From positions 1,261,910 to 1,325,909 of the forward strand of contig JAHPZH010000002.1 in assembly GCA_019058315.1 (NCBI GenBank): 64,000 bases of DNA, written 5' to 3'. The notes beneath the pieces are model-generated. The model had not been told where the DNA came from. It saw only the letters and a program-made list of their open reading frames with translations, and searched no databases. This document shows, one piece after another, positions 31,134 to 41,322 of this stretch. A program made the translations under genes and the position numbers. This stretch comes from Candidatus Helarchaeota archaeon. GTDB taxonomy: Archaea > Asgardarchaeota > Lokiarchaeia > Helarchaeales > RDOG01. Positions within the stretch are counted from its first letter, which is position 1; the number at the start of each line of letters is the position of its first letter.

Positions 31134-32270
31134 TTATTTTGATAAAAAATGTGAACTAAATTTTTTCAATCCCTTTAGAGCAGAAAGTTTTACCTTTTTA
31201 TTTAATTTTAAATCTGATATTACGGATTCCAAATATTTTATTGAATTATCCATCTCTTTTCTATCAATGGGGTATGGTTCACCATCTTTTCCACCAAATG
31301 CAAGAGCGTATTTAACTGGATCTCGAAATTTAATCTCTTTATCAAAAATCACAGAAGATACAAAGGATAAACCTCGAATCATCCCTGGACCAACTCCTTT
31401 AGTAGCCACAAATTCTTCATAAGTACGAGGTTGAAATTCGTATAAATTTTTTAGAACTTTCCATTTAACACGACGAGGTATTAGTTTATAATAATATTTA
31501 AATTTAGGAAGCATGCTCCCCTCTTCAAAATAAGTCGATAATGTTGTTTGACCTAATTCAGAACGCAATTGAATGGAATTAAAAAGATTTAACGTTTTTT
31601 TGGGTCTTTCTTTAATTAAATCTAAAGTGGTTTGCCGAATTTCCTCATTTTGTCTATAAGTTAAATCCAATACATCTTGATGTTTAATCTGGCTTAAAAT
31701 CTCCTCTTCTGGTTCATCTATGAAATCTGTGACATTATTAGAATACCAATGATATCTACGAGACATTCTATTATCTGGATTGAGACCTTGTTGAACGATG
31801 GTCCAGTTACCCTCTTTATTCACAAAAAAAGTATGAATATATAAATTATAACCATCTTGTATTACCGAATTATCTACTTTTGCAATAATTTTACTAATAT
31901 ATTTTAATTTATTCAAATAATCTTCTGAAAATTCAAATTTTTTTGAGATTTTATTCAAGTCTTCTAATGTTTGTAGGCTACGTTTACCCTTTCCACCAGC
32001 CTCTAAGACTCCATATTCTGTATCTAAAATAGATTTCAAAACTCCACATAAAACTGTCGTAGTTCCCGAGGAATTCCAGTCCATTCCTGTTACACATGAT
32101 AATGCTTGGAACCATAGTGGATTCGCAAGTCGTTTTAAGATTTCTTCAGAACCAAACTCTTCGTGTATAATTTTAAGAATTGCAGATGAGAGTTTCTTCA
32201 TACGTATTAAAAGCCAATACGGTGCATGTCCTCCATGTAAGCGAAGATCGGTAATTCCACTTCTAATCAA
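31134..32270 (-). CDS. DUF763 family protein
   Basis: LHGGHAPYWL, GMDWNSSGTTT, VQQG, RRYHW, HhH-like GVGP, GGKDG.PYP. Confidence 0.85.
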   Translation of the reverse strand: MIRSGITDLRLHGGHAPYWLLIRMKKLSSAILKIIHEEFGSEEILKRLANPLWFQALSCVTGMDWNSSGTTTVLCGVLKSILDTEYGVLEAGGKGKRSLQTLEDLNKISKKFEFSEDYLNKLKYISKIIAKVDNSVIQDGYNLYIHTFFVNKEGNWTIVQQGLNPDNRMSRRYHWYSNNVTDFIDEPEEEILSQIKHQDVLDLTYRQNEEIRQTTLDLIKERPKKTLNLFNSIQLRSELGQTTLSTYFEEGSMLPKFKYYYKLIPRRVKWKVLKNLYEFQPRTYEEFVATKGVGPGMIRGLSFVSSVIFDKEIKFRDPVKYALAFGGKDGEPYPIDRKEMDNSIKYLESVISDLKLNKKVKLSALKGLKKFSSHFLSK

Positions 32271-32420
32271 TTTTTCACTTCAGATTAAATCCTTTGAATT
32301 TGAAATTTGAATTACTTAAAATGCGCATTTTTTAAAAATGAGTATAGACCTTGTGAAAAATAATATAAATTGTCAAAAAAGGGATTTGAAGTGTAATTGG
32401 ATAAAAAAATTAAATATTGG

Positions 32421-33197
32421 TTAATCCGTCATCCCAATTCTACGTTTAAACCAATCTGGCATTGAAAAACAGACATAAAAAATAATTGCGGCAGGTACAT
32501 AAAATATTTGGATAAATTGTAAGCTAGGATTTACTGATGCAACAAGAATGGCTATTGAAAAACATAAGATGCCCAGTCCCAACCAGATGGAACGGTTACT
32601 GTGAGCTCTCTGTTCTCCTCGAACCTTTTTAGCATAATAAAAGAAGAGAGATATAGGAATTATTACAAATGGTACAAGACCTAAAGAACGTATTAACATA
32701 AAATCTAACGAAAAATAAACTAAAAAATTAATGACTCTGCTATATGGAGGTCCTTGTACAGCTGCCCAAACACCAGTATATACCAAAATAGCTGATAGGA
32801 TAAGTAATATAACTAATACAATTGTGTATCTTCTTGGAAAAGTTACCCGAATTGAAAATAAATTAACCAATAGAATACAAGAAAGGGCAAATAAATTTGT
32901 AATTATTGTGCAAAGAATTCCAAGTCCTAATAATCCCCAATTTGTAAGACTAAACCTTACTAAGATTGCAAAAATAGCAGCGAATATTAAGCATATCATA
33001 CCTACTAGAAATAATAACGTTTCAATTAATTTATTTTCTTTATAGTTAGTATATAATGCATGGATTATACCAACTAAAAATATCCCACTAATTAATAATG
33101 AAAAAAGTGTAATAAGTTCGATTGGGGAACTTAAAATAGACGTGCCAAATATTTGATTAAAATAAAACTGGAGAGAATAAAACCAATCAACTGACAT
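32421..33197 (-). CDS. 7TM membrane protein, array paralog 5
   Basis: 7 hydrophobic segments; C-tail MPDWFKRRIG. Confidence 0.85.
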   Translation of the reverse strand: MSVDWFYSLQFYFNQIFGTSILSSPIELITLFSLLISGIFLVGIIHALYTNYKENKLIETLLFLVGMICLIFAAIFAILVRFSLTNWGLLGLGILCTIITNLFALSCILLVNLFSIRVTFPRRYTIVLVILLILSAILVYTGVWAAVQGPPYSRVINFLVYFSLDFMLIRSLGLVPFVIIPISLFFYYAKKVRGEQRAHSNRSIWLGLGILCFSIAILVASVNPSLQFIQIFYVPAAIIFYVCFSMPDWFKRRIGMTD

Positions 33198-33305
33198 TTT
33201 TTTACCTTCTCAATGATATATTAAATTGTATTAACTTTTTCAAAATATTTGATAGCATATATTTATTTTTTTCTAAAATACAAATTTATTAAAAATACAT
33301 ATAGA

Positions 33306-34097
33306 TTAATCAGTCCAGCCAATTCTACGTTTAAACCAATCTGGCATAGAAAAACAAACATAAAATATTATAGCGGCAGGAACAAATAGTATTTGAATAA
33401 GTTGTAACTTAGGGATTACTGTTGTAACCAGAATTGTTGTAGCAAAACATAATATGCCCAGTCCTAACCATATGGAGCGATTAGAGTGAGCCCTTTGCTC
33501 ACTTCGAACTTTTTTTGCATAATAGAAGAAGAGTGAAATTGGGATTATAGAAAAAGGTAAAAGGCAAAAAAAACGTATTAGCATAAATACTGGAGAAAAA
33601 ACAACTACAAAATCAATAACTCTTACATGTGGAGGTCCTTGAATAGCTGCCCAGAGACCGGAATATACCAAAATGGCTGAAAGAATAAGCAATATTACTA
33701 ATATATTTTTATATTTCTTTGGAAAAGTCACTCGAATTGAAAATAAATTAACCAATACAATACAAATCAAAACGATAATACCCATAATTACTGAAATAAG
33801 ATCTCCTAGCCCTCTTAAACCCCAATTTAATAAAATAAATCTTAATATGATTGCAAAAACAGAAGCGATTATTAAACATATCATACCTAATAAGAAAAAT
33901 AATGTCTCAATCAATTTATTCTTCATATAATTAATATATAATGCATGGATTATCCCCGCTAAAAATATCCCACTTATTAATAATGAAATAAGCGTAATAA
34001 GTTCTGCGGGGTTAATAGAAGAAGTCCCAAATATTTTATTAAAATAAAATTGTAGAGAATACCACCAATCAACTGCCATTTTTACCCTTTCACTCAA
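33306..34097 (-). CDS. 7TM membrane protein, array paralog 4
   Basis: Same family; likely start at MAVDW. Confidence 0.85.
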   Translation of the reverse strand: MSERVKMAVDWWYSLQFYFNKIFGTSSINPAELITLISLLISGIFLAGIIHALYINYMKNKLIETLFFLLGMICLIIASVFAIILRFILLNWGLRGLGDLISVIMGIIVLICIVLVNLFSIRVTFPKKYKNILVILLILSAILVYSGLWAAIQGPPHVRVIDFVVVFSPVFMLIRFFCLLPFSIIPISLFFYYAKKVRSEQRAHSNRSIWLGLGILCFATTILVTTVIPKLQLIQILFVPAAIIFYVCFSMPDWFKRRIGWTD

Positions 34098-34180
34098 ATA
34101 TTAAATTCTAGATTATATACTTAGTATGAGTTATGAAAATATTAATTTTTTTATAATTATCATAAATTCCAGTCTACTAA

Positions 34181-34954
34181 TTAATCGATCCATCCAATTT
34201 TACGTTTAAACCATTCTGGCATAGAAAAACAAACATAGAAAATTAATGCAGAAGGAGCAAATAATACTTGAATAATTTGTAATCTGGGGAAAACTCCTGT
34301 TACCAAAACAGCTATATCAAAAAATAAAATACCTAATCCCAACCAGATGGAGCGGTTACTGTGAGCTCTTTTTTCCTCTCGAACTTTGTTAGCATAGTAA
34401 AAGAAAAGTGCTATTGGAATTATAGAATATGGTAAGAGACAAAAAAAACGTATTAAGGTTAACTCTAAAGTAAAAAAAACTAGAAAATCGACGACTCTGA
34501 CATAGGGAAATCCTTGGAAAGCTGCCCAAAGACCAGTATACAGCATAATAGCCGAAAGAACAAGTAGAATCACTAATACAATTTTATATCTCCTTGGAAA
34601 TGTCACACGAATTGAAAATAAATTAACTAGTACAATACAAGTCAGAACGAAAAGATTCATACCTAGTGTAAAAAGATCTCCAAGCCCTCTTAAACCCCAG
34701 TCTCTATAAGCAAATCTTAATAATATTGCAAAAACAGAACCAATTATCAGAAAAATCATCGCATATAAAAAAAGTAAAGTTTCTATCAATTTATTCTTCT
34801 TATAGGTTGTATATAATGCATGAATTATTCCAATTAATAAAATCCCACTTACTGATAATGTAACAAGTGAAATTAATTCTATTGGGTCAGTAGAAGAAGT
34901 CCCAAACAGTTTATTAAAATAAAATTGTACAGAATAGAACCAATCATCAGCCAT
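34181..34954 (-). CDS. 7TM membrane protein, array paralog 3
   Basis: Same family. Confidence 0.85.
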   Translation of the reverse strand: MADDWFYSVQFYFNKLFGTSSTDPIELISLVTLSVSGILLIGIIHALYTTYKKNKLIETLLFLYAMIFLIIGSVFAILLRFAYRDWGLRGLGDLFTLGMNLFVLTCIVLVNLFSIRVTFPRRYKIVLVILLVLSAIMLYTGLWAAFQGFPYVRVVDFLVFFTLELTLIRFFCLLPYSIIPIALFFYYANKVREEKRAHSNRSIWLGLGILFFDIAVLVTGVFPRLQIIQVLFAPSALIFYVCFSMPEWFKRKIGWID

Positions 34955-35053
34955 TTTTTTTCCTTCTCACTCTATAATTAAAATTGATATTATAATCGAA
35001 ATGATTATTCTGAAATATTAATTTTTTCATATGGATAAAGAAGTAAAAAGTGA

Positions 35054-35839
35054 TTAATCAGTCCATCCAATTTTACGTTTAAACCAATCAGGCATAGAAA
35101 AACAGATATAAAAAATAATGGCGGCTGGTACATACATTACTTGGATAAGTTGGAATCTGGGGTAAGCTGTTGCAACTACAATGGCTATAGAAAAACACAA
35201 TATGCCTAATCCCAACCAAATGGAGAGGTTACTATGAGATCTTTGCTCTTCTCGAACTTTTTTAGCATGATAGAAGAAAAGCGATATTGGAATTATGGAA
35301 AATGACACAAGACCAATAACACGTATTAATGTAATTACTGGAGAAAAAACAAGTCCAAAATCAACAACTTGGCTATGTGGAGGTCCTTCAAGAGTTGCCC
35401 AAAAACCAGTATATACCAAAATACCAAATAAAACAAGTAATATCCCTAAAAAGAATTTATATCTTTTAGGAAAAGTCACACGAATTGAAAATAAATTAAC
35501 CAATGTAACACAAATTAAAATGGAAACACTCATAAGTATTGATAAAATATCTCCAAGCCCTTTTAAACCCAAATTTTCATAAATAAATCTCAATACAATT
35601 GCAGAAACTGCTCCGATTATCAAAAAAAACATAGCAATTAAAAAGAATAAAGTTTCAATCAATTCATTTTTTTTATAGCTTTGATATAACGCATGGATAA
35701 TCCCAATTAAAAAAATCCCACTTACAATTAATGAAACAAGCGTAAGCATTGAGAATGGGTCAGAATAACTAATTATTTGATTGAAATAAAATTGAAGAGA
35801 ATACTGCCAATCAATAGCCATTTTTATCTTCACCTTCAT
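35054..35839 (-). CDS. 7TM membrane protein, array paralog 2
   Basis: Same family; likely start at MAIDW. Confidence 0.85.
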   Translation of the reverse strand: MKVKIKMAIDWQYSLQFYFNQIISYSDPFSMLTLVSLIVSGIFLIGIIHALYQSYKKNELIETLFFLIAMFFLIIGAVSAIVLRFIYENLGLKGLGDILSILMSVSILICVTLVNLFSIRVTFPKRYKFFLGILLVLFGILVYTGFWATLEGPPHSQVVDFGLVFSPVITLIRVIGLVSFSIIPISLFFYHAKKVREEQRSHSNLSIWLGLGILCFSIAIVVATAYPRFQLIQVMYVPAAIIFYICFSMPDWFKRKIGWTD

Positions 35840-35867
35840 TTTTTAATTTTTATATTAATAGATATAA

Positions 35868-36641
35868 TCATTCGACCCAGCCAATTCTTTTTTTAAACCA
35901 ATCCGGCATGGAAAAACAAACATAAAATATTAGAGCCGCAGGAACAAAAAATACTTGAATAAATTGAAATATGGGGATAATTGCTACTACCAGAATGGGT
36001 ATAACAAAACATAGTATACCCAATCCTAACCAGATGGAGCGATTGCTATGAGCTCTTTGCTCTTGTCGAACTTTTTTAGCATAATAGAAGAAAAGAGACA
36101 TTGGAATAATAGAAAATGGTAAGAGACAAAAAAAACGTATTAACATATACTCTATAGAATAAACAACTACAAAATCAACAACTCTGATATATGGAAATCC
36201 TTGATCAGATGCCAAAAGAGCAGTATATACCATGATAGCTGAAAGAATAAGCAATATTACTAATATATTTTTATATTTCTTTGGAAAAGTCACTCGAATT
36301 GAAAATAAATTAACCAATATAAAACAAGTTAAAACAGAAATATTCATGATAAATGTAAGAAAATCTCCTAGTCCTCTTAAGCCCCAATTTCTATAAGCAA
36401 ACCTCACTAATATTGCTAAAACAGACCCAATTATCAAAAAAATCATCCCATATAAAAAAAGTAACGTTTCTATCAATTTATTCTTCTTATAGGTTGTATA
36501 TAATGCATGAATTATCCCAATTAATAAAATCCCACTCACAGATAATGAAACAAGCGAAATAAGTTCTATTGGGTTAACAGTAGAAGTCCCAAATATCTTA
36601 ACAAAATAAAATTGTACAGAATAGAACCAATCATCAGCCAT
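35868..36641 (-). CDS. 7TM membrane protein, array paralog 1
   Basis: Same family. Confidence 0.85.
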   Translation of the reverse strand: MADDWFYSVQFYFVKIFGTSTVNPIELISLVSLSVSGILLIGIIHALYTTYKKNKLIETLLFLYGMIFLIIGSVLAILVRFAYRNWGLRGLGDFLTFIMNISVLTCFILVNLFSIRVTFPKKYKNILVILLILSAIMVYTALLASDQGFPYIRVVDFVVVYSIEYMLIRFFCLLPFSIIPMSLFFYYAKKVRQEQRAHSNRSIWLGLGILCFVIPILVVAIIPIFQFIQVFFVPAALIFYVCFSMPDWFKKRIGWVE

Positions 36642-36843
36642 TTTTTTTTCCTTCTCTCACAAATTAAATTAGATATTATATTTGAAATAAAGAGTATGTA
36701 ATATTAAATTTTTTTATTGATATAATGGAAAATAAAACAAGAAATATAAATAAGAAAATGAATTTTATAGTAAAAAATGTAAAAAAATTAGAAAATTACT
36801 AAAAATTTTAATTGATTTAAAAAAATAAAATAAAAAAAGAGTT

Positions 36844-38319
36844 TTACTCTTGCATTTCCTTCCATTGGGCCATTAATTTATCGAGATCCCAATATTTTTT
36901 CATTAAATCTGGAATTCCAGAGGAATCACGAGGTCCTACAAGAACTTTCCAATTTGCCAGACTTTCTAGTTCGCCAGAAATACGGGCAGCTAAGCCAGGG
37001 ATTATAATAATTTTATGCTCTACTTTATCTGCTAATCCAACTTCTTTAATTGCCTCTGCTACTTTTCCAGCATTCATTTGTCCTCCTGCAACAGAAGATT
37101 CTACTGAAATTCCTTCTGTATCAACAATTAGTAGCCATGCATTGATTTTCATATCTTTTAAGTCTGATTCGACAGTATAGTAGGTCATAGTGTAGTTAGA
37201 GGTCATAAAGACGGGATCTTTAGGACCGGGAGATCCTATTTCATACAATTTAGCATCTACTGCGGGGTTTATACGTGGATCAGCGTAAATATTATCTTTT
37301 ATTACCAGCATTGCTAGTTGAAACCAAATGTCTTCTGTATGTTGAATAAGCAAATTACAGGCATTAGATATCAATAATGTAGCAAGTTTTCCCTCTTCAT
37401 AAGCCAAAGCAATACGTTCGCCTTCTGAGATGTCCTTTTTCTTTCCAATCCATACCGTAGCTGTTACTCCTATAGTTGGCCAACCAATATCCTTATCCCC
37501 TTTATGAATAGCTGCTTTCTTTAGCATCATGTGTTTATTATAAGTATCCGCAACAATACCTTCTCCTGCACATGTTCCTGGATCGAGAGCAATTTTTTCT
37601 ACTCCACCCATGGCTAAGCTTTTTGCTATACTTTTCAGCTCGTTTAAATCCTCTGAAAAAACTACAACTCCACAATTATACGTTAATGCTAGCTTTCCAA
37701 CTTCTTCCCAATTATCCTTTGTTGCTGTATATATTAATGGGTTTTTCCCTTTTGCTGCTTCCAATCCCGCTTTGAGAACATCTGGATTAAGTGAACAAAG
37801 AATCATAGGTAAATCTGCGGCTTTCATGCATGTCTTTACAGCATTTGCAAATGTGTTTGGATTATTTGATCTACCTCTTAAAGCAATCCCTTGAAGATAG
37901 AAATTTTGTCCCAAACGATATATTGTAAAATCCTTTATGAATTTCGCTTTCCTTGTTATTTCTGCTTCATCATCATCATCTGCAACGTCTAAGAAAATAG
38001 GGGTTTTCTTATAATAGGTAAGTTCGTGGCGGTACATTACTTCCTCTCCTCCAATTTCAATTGTTGAATCACCTGAACCAATCGTTACGGAACGTATTGG
38101 AGGAGTTACTAAATCTTTCAGGCTTTTTAGTTTTTTTGCATATTTTTTATCTTTTATTAGGGGTTTGCAGTCTTCGATTTTTACTTGATGATCTAACAAT
38201 TTCACAGCGAAAGCCATACATGTTTCTTCCCCGCATTCTTTGCAATTAGTAGCTGGTAAATATTTTACGACTTGAATAGGTGATGTTTTAGGCATTTTTA
38301 GACCTCCATTGAAATCCAA
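36844..38319 (-). CDS. cdhE: ACDS gamma subunit (corrinoid Fe-S protein, large); likely start 38295
   Basis: LPATNCKECGEETCMAFA...C, GGEEVMYRHE, TSNY..TY..V, GPRDSS. Confidence 0.95.
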   Translation of the reverse strand: MDFNGGLKMPKTSPIQVVKYLPATNCKECGEETCMAFAVKLLDHQVKIEDCKPLIKDKKYAKKLKSLKDLVTPPIRSVTIGSGDSTIEIGGEEVMYRHELTYYKKTPIFLDVADDDDEAEITRKAKFIKDFTIYRLGQNFYLQGIALRGRSNNPNTFANAVKTCMKAADLPMILCSLNPDVLKAGLEAAKGKNPLIYTATKDNWEEVGKLALTYNCGVVVFSEDLNELKSIAKSLAMGGVEKIALDPGTCAGEGIVADTYNKHMMLKKAAIHKGDKDIGWPTIGVTATVWIGKKKDISEGERIALAYEEGKLATLLISNACNLLIQHTEDIWFQLAMLVIKDNIYADPRINPAVDAKLYEIGSPGPKDPVFMTSNYTMTYYTVESDLKDMKINAWLLIVDTEGISVESSVAGGQMNAGKVAEAIKEVGLADKVEHKIIIIPGLAARISGELESLANWKVLVGPRDSSGIPDLMKKYWDLDKLMAQWKEMQE

Positions 38320-39593
38320 TCAGTAAGGTTTGGTTTTGATGCTTTTGAAGTAGAGGTTAATTCCTGAATTATTTGTTTAAATGACTTAATAGCTCCAGGA
38401 TGTAACATCATTGCTACATTTAATCCTGCTAAACAAAGCCCAAATGCAGTAATAACTTCCCATAAAGGACCACGATATTCAACAGGGCCCCATTCTGGTT
38501 TCTTTTTTTGAGATAAAAATGCTTCTCTAGCACCCCATGCATTAGTTGTTCCTCCACTCATAGGACATTGAAGGTTTTCTTCTCCTTTCAAAGCTGCTAA
38601 TCGAATTCTTTGATATATACTAAAACTGAACTGCCAACCATAACCTAGAGGTGCAGTAGTCGGATCTATAACGATATGATCTTTTGATAAGCCCATATCA
38701 ATTATTTCTTGGTTCAGTTTCTTTGCAGCATTTAAATCGAGTGAAGTAAACGCAAGCACATTATGATCATATTTCTTAGCTATTGGCACAATTTTTTCAA
38801 ATGTGTCATCTTCAGCAGAACTTAGCATAAAACGCTCAGCTTCTGACACTTCTGCACATTTTTCGAAGACTTCGATGTCCATTACTTTATTTCCTGAACC
38901 ACCAATAACTATTGGAACCTTGACTGCTTGCATTACGTCTTCTAAATTTTTTGCAGCCCATTTTGCAGATTTTTTTCCTCCTAACTTTTCTGGTATAGTT
39001 GGATCTGTTCCTATATTGTGCATTGTTACCATTTGTGCACCATATTTCTCAACAGCTAATTTAGCCCATTCAGCTGGACTTTCGCTTATGTCTGGATCTA
39101 GATAATGCATTTTAACAGGTTTCGCTAGACGTAAGAAAGTTTCTCTCTTTTTAGTATGGATGGGAATATCGAACACATCTGCAGTAACTACGGGTGGATT
39201 GGGCATTCCAGCCTCAAAATTATAAAATGGTGGTGCTTTTTCTCCACCAAGCTTCACTACTTGCCCACCTTTACCTGAGCGTCTGAATTCGACTACCGAA
39301 ATTTCGCCAGGATATTTTTCTGCGGGTGACTCAAAAACTGCTTTTTGAAGTAACATAGCTTTAAGAAGTGGTTGTGCAGTTGGTATTCCTGCCATGGATT
39401 GTAATAACATTCCTGAAAAAGTTTGTGTCCCAATTTGTAGAGTTACAGGAACTTGTGGAGGAACTCCACCTCCACCCATTTGAATCTCGAACCCAATTTG
39501 ATCTGCATCGATGAATACATCTTTGAGGGTAATTTCTTCTGCATCTTTAAATAATTCTTTTAATTTTTTTGGTAGGTCTTCCATATTTTTCAA
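38298..39593 (-). CDS. cdhD: ACDS delta subunit (corrinoid Fe-S protein, small)
   Basis: GGEKAPPFY.FE, IGGSGN, DPTTAPLGYG, RLAALKG, NAWGAREA. Confidence 0.93.
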   Translation of the reverse strand: MKNMEDLPKKLKELFKDAEEITLKDVFIDADQIGFEIQMGGGGVPPQVPVTLQIGTQTFSGMLLQSMAGIPTAQPLLKAMLLQKAVFESPAEKYPGEISVVEFRRSGKGGQVVKLGGEKAPPFYNFEAGMPNPPVVTADVFDIPIHTKKRETFLRLAKPVKMHYLDPDISESPAEWAKLAVEKYGAQMVTMHNIGTDPTIPEKLGGKKSAKWAAKNLEDVMQAVKVPIVIGGSGNKVMDIEVFEKCAEVSEAERFMLSSAEDDTFEKIVPIAKKYDHNVLAFTSLDLNAAKKLNQEIIDMGLSKDHIVIDPTTAPLGYGWQFSFSIYQRIRLAALKGEENLQCPMSGGTTNAWGAREAFLSQKKKPEWGPVEYRGPLWEVITAFGLCLAGLNVAMMLHPGAIKSFKQIIQELTSTSKASKPNLTDWISMEV

Positions 39594-39646
39594 CCTTCAT
39601 TTATTGAAGTTATTCTTTTTTACGAACTTCCATAATTTTTCATTCC

Positions 39647-39856
39647 TTACTTTTTGCCTTTTTCTGGAAATAATGGTTTTTCTTCACTAGTTAATAAATT
39701 AATCAAGAGGTCGGTAGGAAGTTCTCCGGCCCCTTCACCAGTAACTTCAAGTTCGACCGCATCTGCATGAATTATCAGTTTTTTTAAGACAATTTCATCA
39801 GACTCTTGAAGTAATTCTTCGAATAACTCCGTAACTTCTTCCATAGAAATTCCCAA
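39647..39856 (-). CDS. Small acidic protein in the cdh operon, similar to the CdhD N-terminus
   Basis: Abuts the cdhC stop; EIVLKKLIIHADAVELEV. Confidence 0.7.
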   Translation of the reverse strand: MGISMEEVTELFEELLQESDEIVLKKLIIHADAVELEVTGEGAGELPTDLLINLLTSEEKPLFPEKGKK

Positions 39857-41296
39857 CTATTTCTTTTTCTTCTTTTTAGGTTCAATTCGTTTAATGATTA
39901 GTTCCTCTGCAGTAATGCGTGCACCTTTAAGGATAATTTTCCATCCACCAGTAGCAGCAGGAGCCATTGGAACTCCCATAGGCATCTGAACACCAGTTGG
40001 AACCATCGTAGGGGTTACTACTTCTTCCTCTTCTTCTTCTTCCTCCTCTTCAACCCAACCTTTAACAACTGGGTGATTTTTTGATTTAAGAAAATCTTTT
40101 AAGGAATCAAGATCTGTGGTGTCAGCCTCAGTCGCTATTTTATCTACAACATCTGCGGGAATATCATCTTTAACGCGATCTTTAATATGAGAAGGCATCC
40201 ATACAACTCTATTCCAACCACCATCAGCTTGGAAGAATTTGGGAGAACGCATATATTCTACGCCGATTCCAACGAATCCTTCAATTTGTTTACCACCACC
40301 TGTCGAGTTTGCCATAGTGGAGAAGGGTAATCCATTAACCGCAGCTCCCTTAAAGTTTCTATCAACTATACCAACACCATCGACTTCAGGAATATAGAAG
40401 GCGATTGCTTCAAAACATCCACAAGATGTGTGATTATAGGGACTAAGGATTGTATGTAAATGTACTCTTTCTACTTCTCCAAGAGATTTTTTCTTTGCGG
40501 CTTCATTAATTCCACTCCACTCTCCTTTAATGTCATCTAAACACTCGCCCTTTTCAATCAGGAAATTTGGACCTTTTGGATCAACTTTTGCGGCAGCTCG
40601 AGCATCAAACCAGCTTATTGAACCACATAAAGCGATTCTGCCAGGCGTGATAGTACAAACATGCGAGGGTGCGAAACTGCTACAAAGAACACAACCATAA
40701 AACTCATTTACATCGTCATCAGTAATACTTCGGGCTCGCTCATCTCTCGTCTTATAGACTTTCATTGCTTTATCAAATTCAGGTTTAATTTTGCTCGGAT
40801 CTGTAATAATGGTAACTTGAATCTTTTCAATTACTTTTTCAAACTCCGATTTATACAAATGAATTAAACCTTCGCCCCACCATTTCAACGTATTAAACCC
40901 TTTCTTATAACTTGCCTTTGAAAGTCTCATCCAAATATCATAACGTTGGTTGAGATGCATCATTCCTTCAATGAAATTACTAAATTCATGGATTCTCCTT
41001 TCAAAAACTGATTCAAGGTCTCTTTCGACTTGTTTTCCTGCTACTTCAACAATGATCCCAACAGGATATGATTTTCCTTCTTCCATATCTTTCAAATCAG
41101 GACCTATGATAGTAATTTTTCCATCTTGAACTTCATTCATTTTACGTGCTTGAACAAGCTCAAATTTATCGCCGACTTTAGGTCCGCCCAATTCCACTTG
41201 CATTTGTTTTCCTCTAATTCTTTCACCTTCATAAACTAATCCAACGTCAACAGGAAAATTTTCCCATTTAATTTCAGCTTCTGTCATATTATTCAC
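39857..41296 (-). CDS. cdhC: ACDS beta subunit (acetyl-CoA synthase)
   Basis: YEGERIR, FYGCVLCSSFAPSHVC, LCG, TSCGCFE, GGWNRVVWMP. Confidence 0.96.
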   Translation of the reverse strand: MNNMTEAEIKWENFPVDVGLVYEGERIRGKQMQVELGGPKVGDKFELVQARKMNEVQDGKITIIGPDLKDMEEGKSYPVGIIVEVAGKQVERDLESVFERRIHEFSNFIEGMMHLNQRYDIWMRLSKASYKKGFNTLKWWGEGLIHLYKSEFEKVIEKIQVTIITDPSKIKPEFDKAMKVYKTRDERARSITDDDVNEFYGCVLCSSFAPSHVCTITPGRIALCGSISWFDARAAAKVDPKGPNFLIEKGECLDDIKGEWSGINEAAKKKSLGEVERVHLHTILSPYNHTSCGCFEAIAFYIPEVDGVGIVDRNFKGAAVNGLPFSTMANSTGGGKQIEGFVGIGVEYMRSPKFFQADGGWNRVVWMPSHIKDRVKDDIPADVVDKIATEADTTDLDSLKDFLKSKNHPVVKGWVEEEEEEEEEEVVTPTMVPTGVQMPMGVPMAPAATGGWKIILKGARITAEELIIKRIEPKKKKKK

Positions 41297-41322
41297 CTTT
41301 TTTTATTAATCTCCTTATTTGA

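Noticed and set aside
32421-36641. Rhodopsin or true GPCR call for the 7TM array
   Set aside because: No Lys in TM7 for retinal, and no DRY or NPxxY motifs; TM count alone is insufficient
36844-38319. HgcA mercury methylase
   Set aside because: Lacks the N(V/I)WCA motif and TM domain; it is a full CdhE in an ACDS operon
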